In this document: positions 24,814-36,650 of the stretch, in pieces
How the letters are laid out: each line of letters starts with the position of its first letter
Position numbering within the stretch: the stretch's first letter is position 1
Assembly: GCF_006345805.1 (NCBI RefSeq)
Contig: NC_043002.1
Coordinates: 18,910,001 to 18,974,000, forward strand
DNA: 64,000 nt
Reading direction: 5' to 3'
DNA from: Octopus sinensis
Taxonomy: Eukaryota
Notes under the pieces: generated by a model
What the model was told of the DNA's origin: nothing
The model's input: only the letters and a program-made list of their open reading frames with translations
Database searches by the model: none
Program-made: the position numbers and the translations under genes

Positions 24814-26610
24814 TCACACAGTTATGATTATTTTCCCAATATGAGTCTTCTTATGTCTTGTTAAGGAAATATTTCGAGAAAACGCTTTCTCACAAATGTC
24901 ACATTTGTATGGTTTTTCACCACTATGAGTATATTTATGAGCTGAGAGGTCACAGTTTCTAGGATATTCTTTCCCACAAATGTCACATTTATAAGGTTTT
25001 TCACCTGTATGTGTAGATTTATGAACTGAGAGGTCATGATTTCTAGGAAATGCTTTCCCACAAACATCACATTTGTATGGCTTTTCATCAGTATGAGTAT
25101 ACTTATGAACTGAAAGGTCACAGTTTCTAGAGAACGTTTTCCCACAAGTGTCACATTTGTATGGTTTTCCTCCTGTATGACTATATATATGAACAGAAAG
25201 GTCATAGTTTCTAGAAAATGCTTTACCACAAATGTCACAATTATATGGTTTTTCATCAGAATGGACATATTTATGGACTGAAAGATCACTGTTTCTAGGG
25301 AATCCTTTCCCACAAATGTCACATTTGAAAGGTTTTTCATCTGTATGACTATATTTATGAAATTGTAATGAACCATTATTAGAAAATGCTCTGTCACAAA
25401 TGTCACATTTGTATGGTTTTTCACCAGTATGATTATATTTATGAACTTTTAATGAACCTTTTTTACAAAATGCTTTATCGCAAACGTCACATTTGTATGG
25501 CTTTTCACCAGTGTGAGTGTATGTGTGAACTGTAAGGTCACGGTTTCTAGCAAATGCTTTTCCACAAACATCACATTTATATGGTTTTTCATCACTATGA
25601 GTATATTTATGAATTGAAAGATCACAGTTTCTAGGAAATGCTTTCCCACAAACGTCACATTTGTAAGGTTTCTCATCCGTGTGAGTATATTTATGAACTG
25701 AAAGATATCGTTTTCCGGAAAAAGCTTTCCCACAAATTTCACATTTGAATGGTTTTTCACCAGTGTGACTATATTTATGAACTGAAAGGTCGTGATTTCT
25801 AGTAAAAGATTTCCCGCAAACCTCACAACTATATGGCTTTTCATCTGTATGAGTATATCTATGAATTGTAAGGTCTTGGTTTCTAGAGAAGGCTTTACCA
25901 CAAATGTCACAATTGTATGGTTTTTCCCCAGTATGAATATATTTATGAACTGAAAGGTCACAGTTTCTGGGAAATGCTTTTCCACAAATGTCACATTTAT
26001 ATGGTTTCTCATTTGTATGAGTATATTTATGAAATTCTAATGAACCGGTATTAGAAAATGCTTTCCCACAAACACTACAACGATAAGGTTTTTCACCAGT
26101 ATGTGTATATGTATGACGTTTTAATGAACTGCCTGAAGAAAATACCTTCTCACAAATGTCACATTTGAATGGATTTTCATCAGTATGCGTATATGTATGA
26201 ACTGATAATTCATGGATTCTAGGAAATGCCTTACCACAGATTTGACAAACATGGGGCTTTTCTCCTGTATGAAGAGTTTTGTGTCTTGTTAAACCACAAG
26301 CTGCTGTAAAAGCTTTCCCACAAAATTCACAAATGTAGGGCTTTTCTCCCATATGAACAGTGCGTACATGAGCAGAAAGATTACTATTTTTCGAAAAAGA
26401 TTTCCCACAAATTTCACATTGGCTTCGTTTGTCTCCTGTATGAACTGTACATTTATGAGATAATAACTCACTACTCTCAGAGAATGCGGTCCCACAATCC
26501 TCACATTGATAGGGTTTTTCTGCTGCATGAATGAGTTTATGAGCACTCAATTCTTCATTAGTTGGAAAAACTTCCCTACAAAATTCACAGTCGTAGTATT
26601 TTTCTTCCAT
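24814..26610 (-). CDS. C2H2 zinc-finger protein A, 21 tandem fingers, 598 aa, no effector domain seen
   Basis: Uninterrupted CxxC-F-L-HxxxH repeats with TGEKPY linkers. First ATG (MEEKYY) at 26610. Upstream acceptor TTTCAG|G at 27049-27051. Confidence 0.93.
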   Translation of the reverse strand: MEEKYYDCEFCREVFPTNEELSAHKLIHAAEKPYQCEDCGTAFSESSELLSHKCTVHTGDKRSQCEICGKSFSKNSNLSAHVRTVHMGEKPYICEFCGKAFTAACGLTRHKTLHTGEKPHVCQICGKAFPRIHELSVHTYTHTDENPFKCDICEKVFSSGSSLKRHTYTHTGEKPYRCSVCGKAFSNTGSLEFHKYTHTNEKPYKCDICGKAFPRNCDLSVHKYIHTGEKPYNCDICGKAFSRNQDLTIHRYTHTDEKPYSCEVCGKSFTRNHDLSVHKYSHTGEKPFKCEICGKAFSGKRYLSVHKYTHTDEKPYKCDVCGKAFPRNCDLSIHKYTHSDEKPYKCDVCGKAFARNRDLTVHTYTHTGEKPYKCDVCDKAFCKKGSLKVHKYNHTGEKPYKCDICDRAFSNNGSLQFHKYSHTDEKPFKCDICGKGFPRNSDLSVHKYVHSDEKPYNCDICGKAFSRNYDLSVHIYSHTGGKPYKCDTCGKTFSRNCDLSVHKYTHTDEKPYKCDVCGKAFPRNHDLSVHKSTHTGEKPYKCDICGKEYPRNCDLSAHKYTHSGEKPYKCDICEKAFSRNISLTRHKKTHIGKIIITV

Positions 26611-27664
26611 CTTAAAGCATGTGTGCAGACAAAACAAACTCTTCCAAGAAAATGCTATCACATTAACATCACACTAGTAAAGTTTCTCTAGTGTTTGAAC
26701 CAATTTTTAAATGCAATGTATTTCCACAATGAAAATTACACATTTTATTGCTGGGCTTTGAACATGTTTACAAAAGCAACAGAAATCTCTATCAAATGCA
26801 AATATTCCAACAAAATTCCACACTAAAGCATATCTTCTTCAACCGAATCTCTTACTTGATATTCAGTTTAGATGGCTCACTTGTAATATTTTGTATCAGT
26901 TAAGTTGTAATTATGGCCACTCTTATCTTACTTGGCAACCAAGGAAGTTTATCATACTGTTATCCTAAAAACCATCGATAAAAGCAAATATATTTATCTC
27001 GGCCAAGATTGTTGAACTGTAATGTTTTCTGGTACAAAAGAGTATACCCTGAAATAAAAGAAAGGAAGCATTAGTTTATGAGCAGTGATAAGCATAGGAA
27101 TGGGTCTGTGGTTCAGAAGTTTGCACTTTCCAACCACAGGACTTCAGGTTCAGTCCCACAGTGTGGTATTTTCAGCAAGTGTTTTCTACTACAGGTCTGA
27201 GCTGATCAATGCCTTGTAAGTAGAACTGGTAAATAGAAACTGTATGGAAGCCTGTAATACACACACACAGGTGGTTGCAATAAGATACACAAGTTAACAT
27301 AAAAATCAGGGTTTGGTTTTCACATATGTTAAACTTTCAGTTTCATAAAATGCAATCAAAAAAGTAAATTTAATATGGACTTGAGGTATTACATAGTAAC
27401 AAGGGCAACATAAAGTTGAAATGAACAGAAAACAAATGATTAATATTTCAAATATTTCATTACATACATTTGAGTAATTACAGATCATTCCACCAGATAG
27501 AAGACAAAGATATAAAACTGACTGTAATGTTATCCTTAAATAGCAAAAAGTCATGCTTCAACCATCCAACCCATGCTAGAATGGAAAACAGACGTTAAAT
27601 GATGATTGATATATATATATACATGTATCATACACATATATATATATGTGTATATGTGTAATAT

Positions 27665-28090
27665 GTGGAGGTGCAATGGCCCAGTGATTAGGGCAACGGA
27701 CTCACGGTCGTAGGATCGCGGTTTCAATTCCCAAACTGGGCATTGTGAATGTTTATTGAGGGAAAACACCTAAAATTCCATGAGGCTCCGGCAGGGGGTG
27801 ATAGTGAACCCTGCTGTACTCTTTCACCACAACATTCTCTCACTCTTTCTTCCTGTTTCTGTTGTACCTGTATTTCAAAGGGCCAGCCTTGTCACGCTGA
27901 ATCTTCCCAAGAATTACGTTAAGGGTACACGTGTCTATGGAGTGCTCAGCCACTTGCACATTAATAAATGAGCTACGACATCACTGGTGCCAAGCTGTAT
28001 CGGCCTTTACCTTTCCCTTGGATAACATCAGTGTTCTATAAACAACCTTTCTAGGTGCAATCCCATGGTCTATCATGACTGAAGGGGGTG
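27665..28090 (+). mobile_element. tRNA-derived SINE (family 2)
   Basis: Head with A/B-box-like TGGCCCAGTGATTAG..GTTTCAATTCCC; body shared with 59912-60238 and 52470-52777. Confidence 0.85.
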
Positions 28091-28911
28091 ACAACAATAT
28101 GTGTATATTATACACTAATGTATATATATATATATATATATATATATCACACATATATACATACATGTACATATATCATACATATATATATATTATACAT
28201 ACACACATATATATGCATGTATCTACTATAATAATACCCTTGTGTATTTCTCTGTCACAACATATGAATGAGAAAGGAAGGGGTGATTGGCAAACTTGGT
28301 AGTGATGGAAGTTTTATGGTGAAAAAAAATCAAACAGCATTTCAACTCTGCATGAGTATATGTATGCATATGTCAAAGGGATGTGAGTGTGTGCATGCAA
28401 TGGAAGTGGGATGGTGAATATTCAATGCTGAAAAGAAAAATCAAACAGCTTTTCAACTCTGTGAGAGTATATGTGTGTGCATGCACAAGGGAAGTATGTG
28501 AATGTTTGTATCTGTGATTATTTTGTACCTTATTTATATACAAAATACTACAATTAGCTGTCATTTTTGACAGCACGGGGCCAGTTAGTGTATATAAATT
28601 GACATTCCCAAATTTGCATGTCACTCCTATAGCAAAACAGTGATATGATGTTTACATTTTCTGCTGATATTACAACTGGTTGTTCTGCACTTTTAAGATC
28701 AGTGGAATAATAAAAAACAAAAAACCTCTTGCATGACGAACAAGGATTGGACAGAGGAAGAGCATCAAGCTGTAAGATGCTGTCTCAAATAAGTCCCACC
28801 TAATCCACAAACTATAAAAAGTACTTGCTAACAGATCACCCGTGTCATTCTCCTTCCTTGTATGTTATATATATTGTCTTTATATGCTTATCTGCACATA
28901 CATACGTTTAA

Positions 28912-29213
28912 ACGGTACTACTTAAGAAGAGTGCATATTCGCGCATCCGCACTAGCTAGTCGTGACTAGTCAATTCTTACTTTGTGTTTTTGTTTTATTT
29001 ACTTTGTTTAAAAAAAATTTACTTTGTGTCTTTGTGTTTTATCTGCTTTGTTTTAAAAAAAATTATTTACTTTCAGCAAAAAAATTATTTATTTTGTGTT
29101 TTATATACTTTGCTAGGTAGTCGTTGTAGGATCGGCTAGACACGACTAGCTGGCGCAGATGCACGAGTACGCGAGTGCACGCACCAGGACCACTCTTCTT
29201 CAGTAGTACCCAT
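28912..29213. mobile_element. MITE with TTAA target duplication (Kolobok-like termini)
   Basis: TIR GGTACTACT(T/G)AAGAAGAGTG at 28914-28933 and 29191-29210; internal inverted CTAGCTAGTCGTG; TTAA at 28908-28911 and 29214-29217. Confidence 0.75.
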
Positions 29214-29217
29214 TTAA

Positions 29218-29438
29218 CCCTTTAGTGTTCACATTATTCTACCAAAATTAATGCTTTTTCATCCACATTGCCTTGAACTACTCAGGCGTTATCTTGTAGC
29301 TTTGAGATTTTGATGAGGTAGCTGTTAATTTTTAAAACGATATTGTAGGGTTGGTGTGAGAGACCAGATCTGGCCATTTTGAACATAAAACAGGCAGAAT
29401 ACTTTTGGCCGGATATGGCCGGTTTAAATGCTAAAGGG
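29218..29438. mobile_element. piggyBac-type MITE
   Basis: TTAA|CCCTTTAG ... CTAAAGGG|TTAA. Confidence 0.85.
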
Positions 29439-29741
29439 TTAAACATACACATACATATATAAGTGGGTACGTATGTGTAGATGTAAATATACTCCTGTTA
29501 ATTTTTTTTAACTCATCCAATTATTTTTTTTTTACTCTGTCTTATGAGGGTCTCTGGTCATCCTTTCTCTCTAGTAATGTCCCCATTCCCACTCCATCTC
29601 CCTCACACATTTCAACTTATTGACAACCTTCCAATATGCACCTTATCAATGACCCTGGCCAAAACATTCCAATTTCCTTTCACAACACACAACCTTATAT
29701 GCTAATCCATTTTGCTTTCGCAACTAATAATTTTTCTTTTG

Positions 29742-30154
29742 TTACTCTTTTACTCTCTTTTTACTCTTTTACTTGTTTCAGTCATTTGACTGTGGCCATG
29801 CTGGAGCACCGCCTTTTTTTAGTCGAGCAAATCGACCCCGGGACTTATTCTTTGTAAGCCCAGTACTTATTCTATCGGTCTCTTTTGCCGAACCGCTAAG
29901 TGACAGAGACATAAACACACCAGCATCTGTTGTCAAGCAATGCTAGAGGGACAAACACACATACATATATATATATATATACATATACATACATATATAC
30001 GACAGGCTTCTTTCAGTTTCCGTCTACCAAATCCACTCACAAGGCATTGGTCGGCCCGGGGCTATAGCAGAAGACACTTGCCCAAGATGCCAGGCAGTGG
30101 GACTAAACCCGGAACCATGTGGTTGGTTAGCAAGCTACTTACCACACAGCCACT
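29742..30154 (-). mobile_element. tRNA-derived SINE (family 1), full length
   Basis: Minus-strand head GTGGCTGTGTGGTAAG..GGTTCCGGGTTTAGTCCC; tail GGCGGTGCTCCAGCATGGCCACAG..TGAAACAAGTAAAAGAG repeats. Confidence 0.9.
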
Positions 30155-30468
30155 TTATGAACTAGTTCAACCAAGCAATGTGAAAAAAATCTATATGGCT
30201 GGACCAATGAATTCAAGAACCAATGGTCTCAAGATGAACAACGAAGCATTTCACGATCCATCTTGCAGACTATTGAGAGAGAAGTTCTTGTGTTGTAAAA
30301 GAACAAATTTCTCTGTAAACTCACCTAGTCACCGGGAATGAGGGGTTAGCCGTGTGCAACTTCATTTTGTTCAACGGAATTAAATAATTTATCGAATTTT
30401 ACCTCACTTTTATTACGTTTGTCTCCAACCCAGATTGAATAATTTCTCAACTTTTAAGGAAAAAAAAA

Positions 30469-30640
30469 ACATCACGTTTGAAAGTTCTCTTCCGATCACT
30501 GAAGTTAAGCAACGTCAAGTCTAGTTAATAGTTAGATATGTGACCGCTGGAGAAACCCAAATACCGTAGGCATTCCAGTTCAAATGCTGATGCTCCAGCA
30601 TGGTCACAACGTTTAGGATGGAACACATAAAGGAATAACA
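30469..30640 (+). mobile_element. 5S rRNA-derived SINE-like element (decayed 5S head plus LINE-type tail)
   Basis: GTTCTCTTCCGATCACTGAAGTTAAGCAACGTC..GTGACCGC..GTAGGCATT matches 5S rRNA as recalled from memory. It is followed by TGCTCCAGCATGGTCACA..TAAAAG. Confidence 0.7.
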
Positions 30641-31670
30641 ACTTGGATCGGAAGACACGATCTGACTAGTTCGACGAATAAAAGTTACACTTCTTTGTAG
30701 TTGACCGTTAAATAATAGGACTGAATATTATATTTTTCACCTCATAAAAATTACCAAGAATTCGCTGGCTTGTGTCAAACGAGAAACAAGATGCTGAGAG
30801 ATTCACCACTTGACTATTTCAGCTGTGCGTCACTTAATTTCCTGTTATCCTATTAATTAACCACTCTGAATAATGTCCTTTTTTTTCTTTTCTTTTTTTT
30901 CTTCGCCTAAATAAATGTAAAATGTGTTCAAAACTTACAAATCAATAATTTAAATATTCCTGAATTATACCTCATAAAAAAATATATACAGAATTTTTTT
31001 TTTCTTCCGAAATAAAAACAAAAGTCCTAACAAAACCGATGCGGAAATTAGGTCATCAGCCAACTGGCCGCAGCACAGCATCAAAAAAAGTATTCTTCCG
31101 CCAACCACTCAACAAATTAATACCATATTGTATAACTTCTTTTCAAGCTGTTTTGTCCTTAAAACTAGACTAGCTATGATAGGAAAGATCGACGAACACA
31201 ACTGGTATCGAAGACTTTCCAACCAGTCATCATATCTCAGCATAATTCACCTATTACTTCACGGTCCTTCTTTTCTGAAGTTGTGTGTGATGTGAGGGAA
31301 TCTGGCTACTGTTTCTCGTATATCGAGTATACATGTGGCGGATCCTTTGTTCGTTTCTTGCATGTATTACAGGTGGACATAGATATATGTATTATACTAA
31401 GGGTTAGACTTATTTGGTTAACTTTATCAAATAAGTGATGTAACCAAGTCAATAATTGGGAATCACTTTAAAAATTATTGCATTCTGGACATCCATATTT
31501 CTTCGTGACGGTATTGTCTGTTGAGGTTTATTTTAGATCAGAACATTGGCAAGTACATAACAATGTTTAACATCAGTACACCATTAAAACATCGTTAACA
31601 ACGGTAAGATATATCTGTAAGCTAACAAATCTAATAACTGCCTACATTAATAATATCACACGGAAATTAC

Positions 31671-31790
31671 CTTACCAGAGCACTGTCTTATTTTCTTTTT
31701 CATTCAACTCTGTACATAGTTAAACAACCAGATCAGCACACACCTCACTTTCGTTGCGTATGATTGAGACATTTGGAATATTTAATCCAA
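31671..31790 (-). other. Non-coding exon 1 of ZNF A (5' boundary approximate)
   Basis: AAG|GTAATT donor at 31670; homologous blocks at 44324, 49785 and 58511. Confidence 0.65.
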
Positions 31791-31864
31791 CCTTCTAATG
31801 AATAATTGTTTCACATCTACAAGAAAGCGAGTGCGCGAACAGGAATAAATTTCACTTCTGGGTG

Positions 31865-31930
31865 GTGGCGCCTCTCGTGGCCACTTCTGTAAAAATATGT
31901 ATGATGAGTAATCTCCCTTTACATTTTAAG
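31865..31930 (-). promoter_or_regulatory. Conserved ZNF upstream module, copy A
   Basis: GTGGCGCC and, 36 bp on, ATGATGAGTAATCTCCCTT. Confidence 0.75.
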
Positions 31931-32002
31931 CAGTTTTTATCAGAATTACGGAGATGTACTTGCATAGCAAGTGACTTGATCTGAGATCGTGTGCTGGAAC
32001 GA

Positions 32003-32230
32003 AAACAATTGCAGCGCGGAAGGTGTTTATAAGCCATTTAAGAAACACACAAAACCGTTAGATTCACTTCAACATTTAAATTTAATTTGTCAAAATATTG
32101 TCAGTGAACAGGTCGCGGTCTCAAAGCGACAAAAATATTTTGACAAATTAAATTTAAATGTTGAAGTGAATCTAATGGTTTTGTGTGTTTCTTAAATGGC
32201 TTATAAACACCTTCCACGTTGCAATTGTTT
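32003..32230. repeat. 97-bp inverted repeat with 34-bp spacer (PLE-type junction)
   Basis: Arms 32003-32099 and 32134-32230, 3 mismatches. Confidence 0.92.
32098..32146 (+). ncRNA. Hammerhead fold with G3-C8 core covariation and G12A lesion
   Basis: TTGTCA-GTGAACA-G-GTCGC/GCGAC-AAAA-ATATT-T-TGACAA (first A of ATATT shared as listed at 32134-32139 palindrome AATATT). Confidence 0.6.
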
Positions 32231-32603
32231 ATGAGAATTAGTTTAGCTATTAAATTTTAAGGCTATCTACCTACTTCACCACGTTCCTTATTCCTATCCT
32301 ATCTATGTACAAATAATATTGGACCGTTATGCTGAAAACATACTGAACAAATTATTGGCAGCACCTAACAAATTTATCGTCTCTGTAATTCCACAGAGCA
32401 TGCACCAATTGTCAACACTTTGTTTCAATTGGATACCTATCCCTTTTGTGCATTAAGTGCTTTGTTATTCTGTCCTGCTCCTTGATTGTAAAAGTATACC
32501 TTTCAAAATGGGAGCTAATATAACAGTTCTTACAGGAAGATAAATTCCTCTAGCCAAATTTAAGTTACAATTACACCTAATGCTTTCTCGAAACATAGTC
32601 AAG

Positions 32604-33102
32604 CATGACTCTTGATAATCAGTATGCCATTCTAATGGTTTTCTTTATCTTCTTTGCTGTTGTGCAGCCTCTCTGGATGCGTATCATGGAATATTTTCTG
32701 AGGAGCTTCTTTCCTGCTATTATAACAATAACTCTGAGCACCTTTTCAAACTCCACCCGTCTAACACCTGTGGACATATTTACAAAGTCAGAAAACAGCA
32801 CAGCTCCCATGACTTTCGGAAACATTTTTTCACGCTGAGAGTTGCTGAAGCATGGAACAAACTGCCGGCATCAGTTGTTAGTTGTCGGAGCACTGCATCC
32901 TTCAAAACTTCCATGCTTTCTGAGATTCGCCAACACTACACCTGATTTTCTCTCCTCCATACATACACAAGCATGTATCTGACTCGTACACTGTTCACTT
33001 CCCAGACATTTGTACATTACTGCATATACTTTATATGCACTTTCTGACAAGTTGTGGTGCACCTGAGCACTGTATACAATAATTTCATTATATTATATTA
33101 TA
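32604..33102 (+). mobile_element. CR1-type LINE 3' fragment
   Basis: RKHFFTLRVAEAWNKLPASVVSCRSTASFKTSMLSEIRQHYT*, then 3' UTR and ATT-type tail. Confidence 0.85.
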
Positions 33103-33129
33103 TTTGCCTCATGTATGCACATTTGTTCA

Positions 33130-33560
33130 TTTAATACCCATTGATGCTTATCACTGTTGACATAGAAATTTCTGGTGATAGTTTTCTTGTTTTTGTTTTA
33201 ACTTTTAATATCAATGGCACCAATTTCATCCAGTATTCAGCTGAATAACTTAAATGTTGGAGTGAGTACTAGTACTTGTTTACTGTATGTAAAAAAACTT
33301 GGTATTTTTTCATCCCTTTGTAAAATACCATAGTTATGTATTCCTTGTGAGTGACATAAACGGATATATTTTCATACATCCCTAGGTACCTATAGAATTC
33401 TTCATTGAATATAGGTGAAATAGTCACTGATAGAGGTGTTGCTAAACTGAGCTGAAATTTCAAGTTTTATAATCATGTGAGAATATTTATCTTGATCAAA
33501 CTCTAATCCTGTACCTACTGAAAATACCACAACTTGACCAAGTATCTCCTCATCAATCAT
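33130..33560 (-). mobile_element. Decayed R4-like RT fragment
   Basis: VFSVGTGLEFDQDKY and EEFYRYLGMYENI resemble FSxDIGMxFGxDKC and YKYLGxxE. Confidence 0.4.
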
Positions 33561-34035
33561 AGCAACCTTGTGTTGAGAGACGATTGGAAAAAGATGGGTA
33601 AAAGTATGAAAAAGGGTCAGAACAGAAAATATTTTTTGCTGCAGAGGGGACACAGGACTAATCATATTTTTAAAACGGTGGGAGTAATGAAGTGGAGCCA
33701 GATAGTGATGAGTTGAATAGGGAGTAGAAGATAATAGCACTGAGGAGCAGAACAGCAATGAACTACAATGGAATGATGTTGGGTAGGTTGCAAAAATGGG
33801 TAATGAAGAGAAAGGCAGACATAGTGCATGAGGGTGAGCAACATATGATGGTTGAGAAGGAGAGTTGCTGATTTCGTGTGGGGAGGTTATCAATGAAACT
33901 CTTGATGAAGCTATTAAGGGGGTGAAGGGTGGATAATGAGTGAAATGTTTCTTGGTAGTAAGAAAGAGCTGCAGTAAGGGAAGCAATGAGGATATCCTGA
34001 GGGAAGAAAAATTGGAAGAAAGGGCCTAGTTGGGC

Positions 34036-34067
<32 letters not shown>

Positions 34068-34123
34068 ATGTGACTGCGTGTGTACCGTTGGCGATTTTTT
34101 TTCCTCTCTCTTCCCTTCTCCTA

Positions 34124-34160
34124 TGTTTCCAGCGAAGAGCTCCGCTCGAAACGTTACACC
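34124..34160 (+). ncRNA. Degenerate hammerhead-like motif
   Basis: CCAGCGA-A-GAGC-TCC-GCTC-GAAA-CGTT: perfect stem II and palindromic stem III, non-canonical core, weak stem I. Confidence 0.45.
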
Positions 34161-35082
34161 CTCCTTCTTCCCTTCTTTCCTGAGCGTCCAATAATACTAT
34201 ATTTGTTCCACGTCCTCACGTTGTTGTGTTTTTTTGTGCTTTATATATATGTATACATATACACAGATACACACAAACACACACACACACACGCAAAAAA
34301 AAAACATGCAGCTCAACCAGAACTCAAAGTTTTGCCAATGAGAGCATGTCTTCTTCAGACCTCATATCAGTTATTCTAATCTTTTTACAATCACATCCAT
34401 GAGATCAACCTTTGCCACTTTGCCCCATATATACTTGAGTGCCTAGCCTCTTCTGCAAGATCCACACACATATATGTATATGTACAGCCATACATATAAC
34501 ACCTTAGTAACATGAATTTCAGACACCATAAACATCATTGATACACATGAAATACTGAGAGACAGGACAGAAGTTAATCCATTATATATATATGAAAAGA
34601 ATGAACTTTAAACCCATGGTCTTTATCTCTCTGATGTGTGATCTTTTATATGCAGATGATTGTGACCTAGTGAGTCACACTGAACAAGGCTTATAGAACC
34701 TAATTAGTGTGTTTAAGCCTATAAGAGATCTATTTGGCCTCACATTAAAGATTTTGAGCTCAACAGTTAAGAATGCTGAAATATAAAGAAAATTTCATAA
34801 AAACTAAATTAATATCAATAACATTGCATGAGTTTCTCATTCCTTCTTTAGGTGTTCCTTTTGCACAAAAGCATGCATATCTCACACCTATGAGCCTATA
34901 TGGGTAAAGCATACAAGAACTAATAGAATTTTATTTTCAGTGACTAGTTTCAAGGCAATATATGTCAAGAAATCTGCAAGTCATGAGGAGGACTTGAGCT
35001 GCACTTTGAACATTCATAATCAATAAGTGGAAAATGAAGCCAATGCTGAAATGAGACATTGCTGCAGTATATGTGAACACAT

Positions 35083-35467
35083 GTAGGAGTGACTGTGTGG
35101 TAAGAAGCTTGCTTCCCAACCACATGGTTCCAGGTTCAGTCCCACTGCATGGTACCTTGGGCAAGTGTCTACTATAGCCTCAGGCTGACCCAAGCCTTGT
35201 AATTGGATTTGGTAGATGGAAACTGAAAGAGGCCCATCATATATATATATATATATGTATGTATTTGTGTCTGTGTTTGTCCCCCTACCATTGCTTGACA
35301 ACCGATGTTGGTATGTTTACATCGCTGTAACTTAGCAGTTCAGCAAAAGGGACCAATACAATAAGTAATAGATTTACAAAGAAGTTTTGGGGTCTATTTG
35401 TTCAACTAAAGGCAGTGCTCCAGCACAGCCACAGTGAAATGACTGAAACAAGAAAAGAAAAAAAAAA
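35083..35467 (+). mobile_element. tRNA-derived SINE (family 1)
   Basis: Matches the reverse complement of 29742-30154. Confidence 0.88.
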
Positions 35468-35699
35468 TCAAGAAAGTTCTTCAAATGCCTTTCAGGGCTG
35501 AAAAGTTGTTTAAGAGCTCATGCTAGCAAAGAGTAATTATAGATACAAGAGGTCAAACTCTGCAAGGAACAGATAGCTACCATATATGTATGTGTGTGTG
35601 ATGATAGATAATACTCCTCTGAATGGTATGCTAAAATTCTGCTACTAGGGAAACATCCCTTTGAACAATGCCCAAATGCATGAAGAGGTCACCCAGTGA

Positions 35700-36650
35700 T
35701 TGTCCAAGACAGTGGCACATAAAATGCACCATTTGAGCATGGTTGATGCCAGTGCCACCTGACCGGTCCCTGTGCCAGTGGAATGTAAAAAGCACCCACT
35801 ATACTCTTGGAGTGGTTGGTATTAGGAAGGCATCTAACTGTAGAAACCTTGCCAGATCAGATTGGAGCCTGGTGCAGGCTCTTGGCTTGCCAGTCCTCAG
35901 TAAAACTGTCCAACCCATGCCTAACTGTGGAAGGGGTAGACACAGGATGAGTTTATGAAGCATGACCTTCAAACATTGGGCCTCACAGAGACAATGACAG
36001 GAGACTGAGACCTTTGGAGATATGCAGTGATTAGGAAGACCTGGCAACTAAGTGAGATTACAGCCATGGCCGATGACAGTGTTGCATGTCCAGCCCATTA
36101 AAGAGTACCCCTGATACGTCAGGTGATATACTTGTGAAGACCTGTTGAATCAAGTAAAACCAAAATTGTAGCTGTGGCCAGTGCTCCCTGACTAGCTCCC
36201 ATTCTGGTGGCACATAAAATGCTTCATCTAAATGTGGTCGATGCCAGTGTCCTCTGACTGGTTCCCATGCCAGTGGCACATAAAAAGCACCATGCGAACA
36301 TGGTCGATGCCAGGCCCACCTGACTAGCACCTGTGCCAGTAGCATGTAAAAAGCACCATCCGAACATGGTCGATGCCAGGCCCACCTGACTGGCACCTGT
36401 GCCAGTGGCACGTAAAAAGCACCATCCGAACATGGTCGATGCCAGGCCCACCTGACTGGCCCCCGTGTCAGTGGCATGTAAAAAGTACCCACTACACTCT
36501 TGGGAGTGATTGGCATTAGGAAGGGCATCCAGCTGTAGAAACATTGCCAAATCAGACTGAAGCCTGGTGCAGCCGCTGGCTCTCCAGACCTGTCAAACCG
36601 TTCAACCCATGCCAGCATGGAAAATAGATGTTAAACGAGGATGGTGATTG
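35700..36650 (+). mobile_element. Two RTE-tail-like repeat copies, the second with a 66-bp minisatellite
   Basis: Shared AAAAGCACCCACTA(T/C)ACTCTTGG..AGGAAGG block at 35790 and 36481; tail CCCATGCCAGCATGGAAAA..GTTAAAC; 66-bp units start at 36216, 36282, 36348, 36414. Confidence 0.65.

Noticed and set aside
24861-26546. Long alternate-frame ORFs over the ZNF genes (also 47982-48209, 55513-55893)
   Set aside because: Frame shadows of the periodic 84-bp finger repeat.
27665-27735. tRNA gene-like heads here and at 30090-30154, 35083-35150, 52710-52777
   Set aside because: No complete cloverleaf; each continues into a SINE body.
30469-30574. Functional 5S rRNA gene
   Set aside because: 5' end missing, internal deletion, decayed box C, no oligo-T terminator, fused to a retroelement tail.
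36216-36480. CRISPR-like array
   Set aside because: Contiguous tandem units with no unique spacers, in a eukaryotic context.
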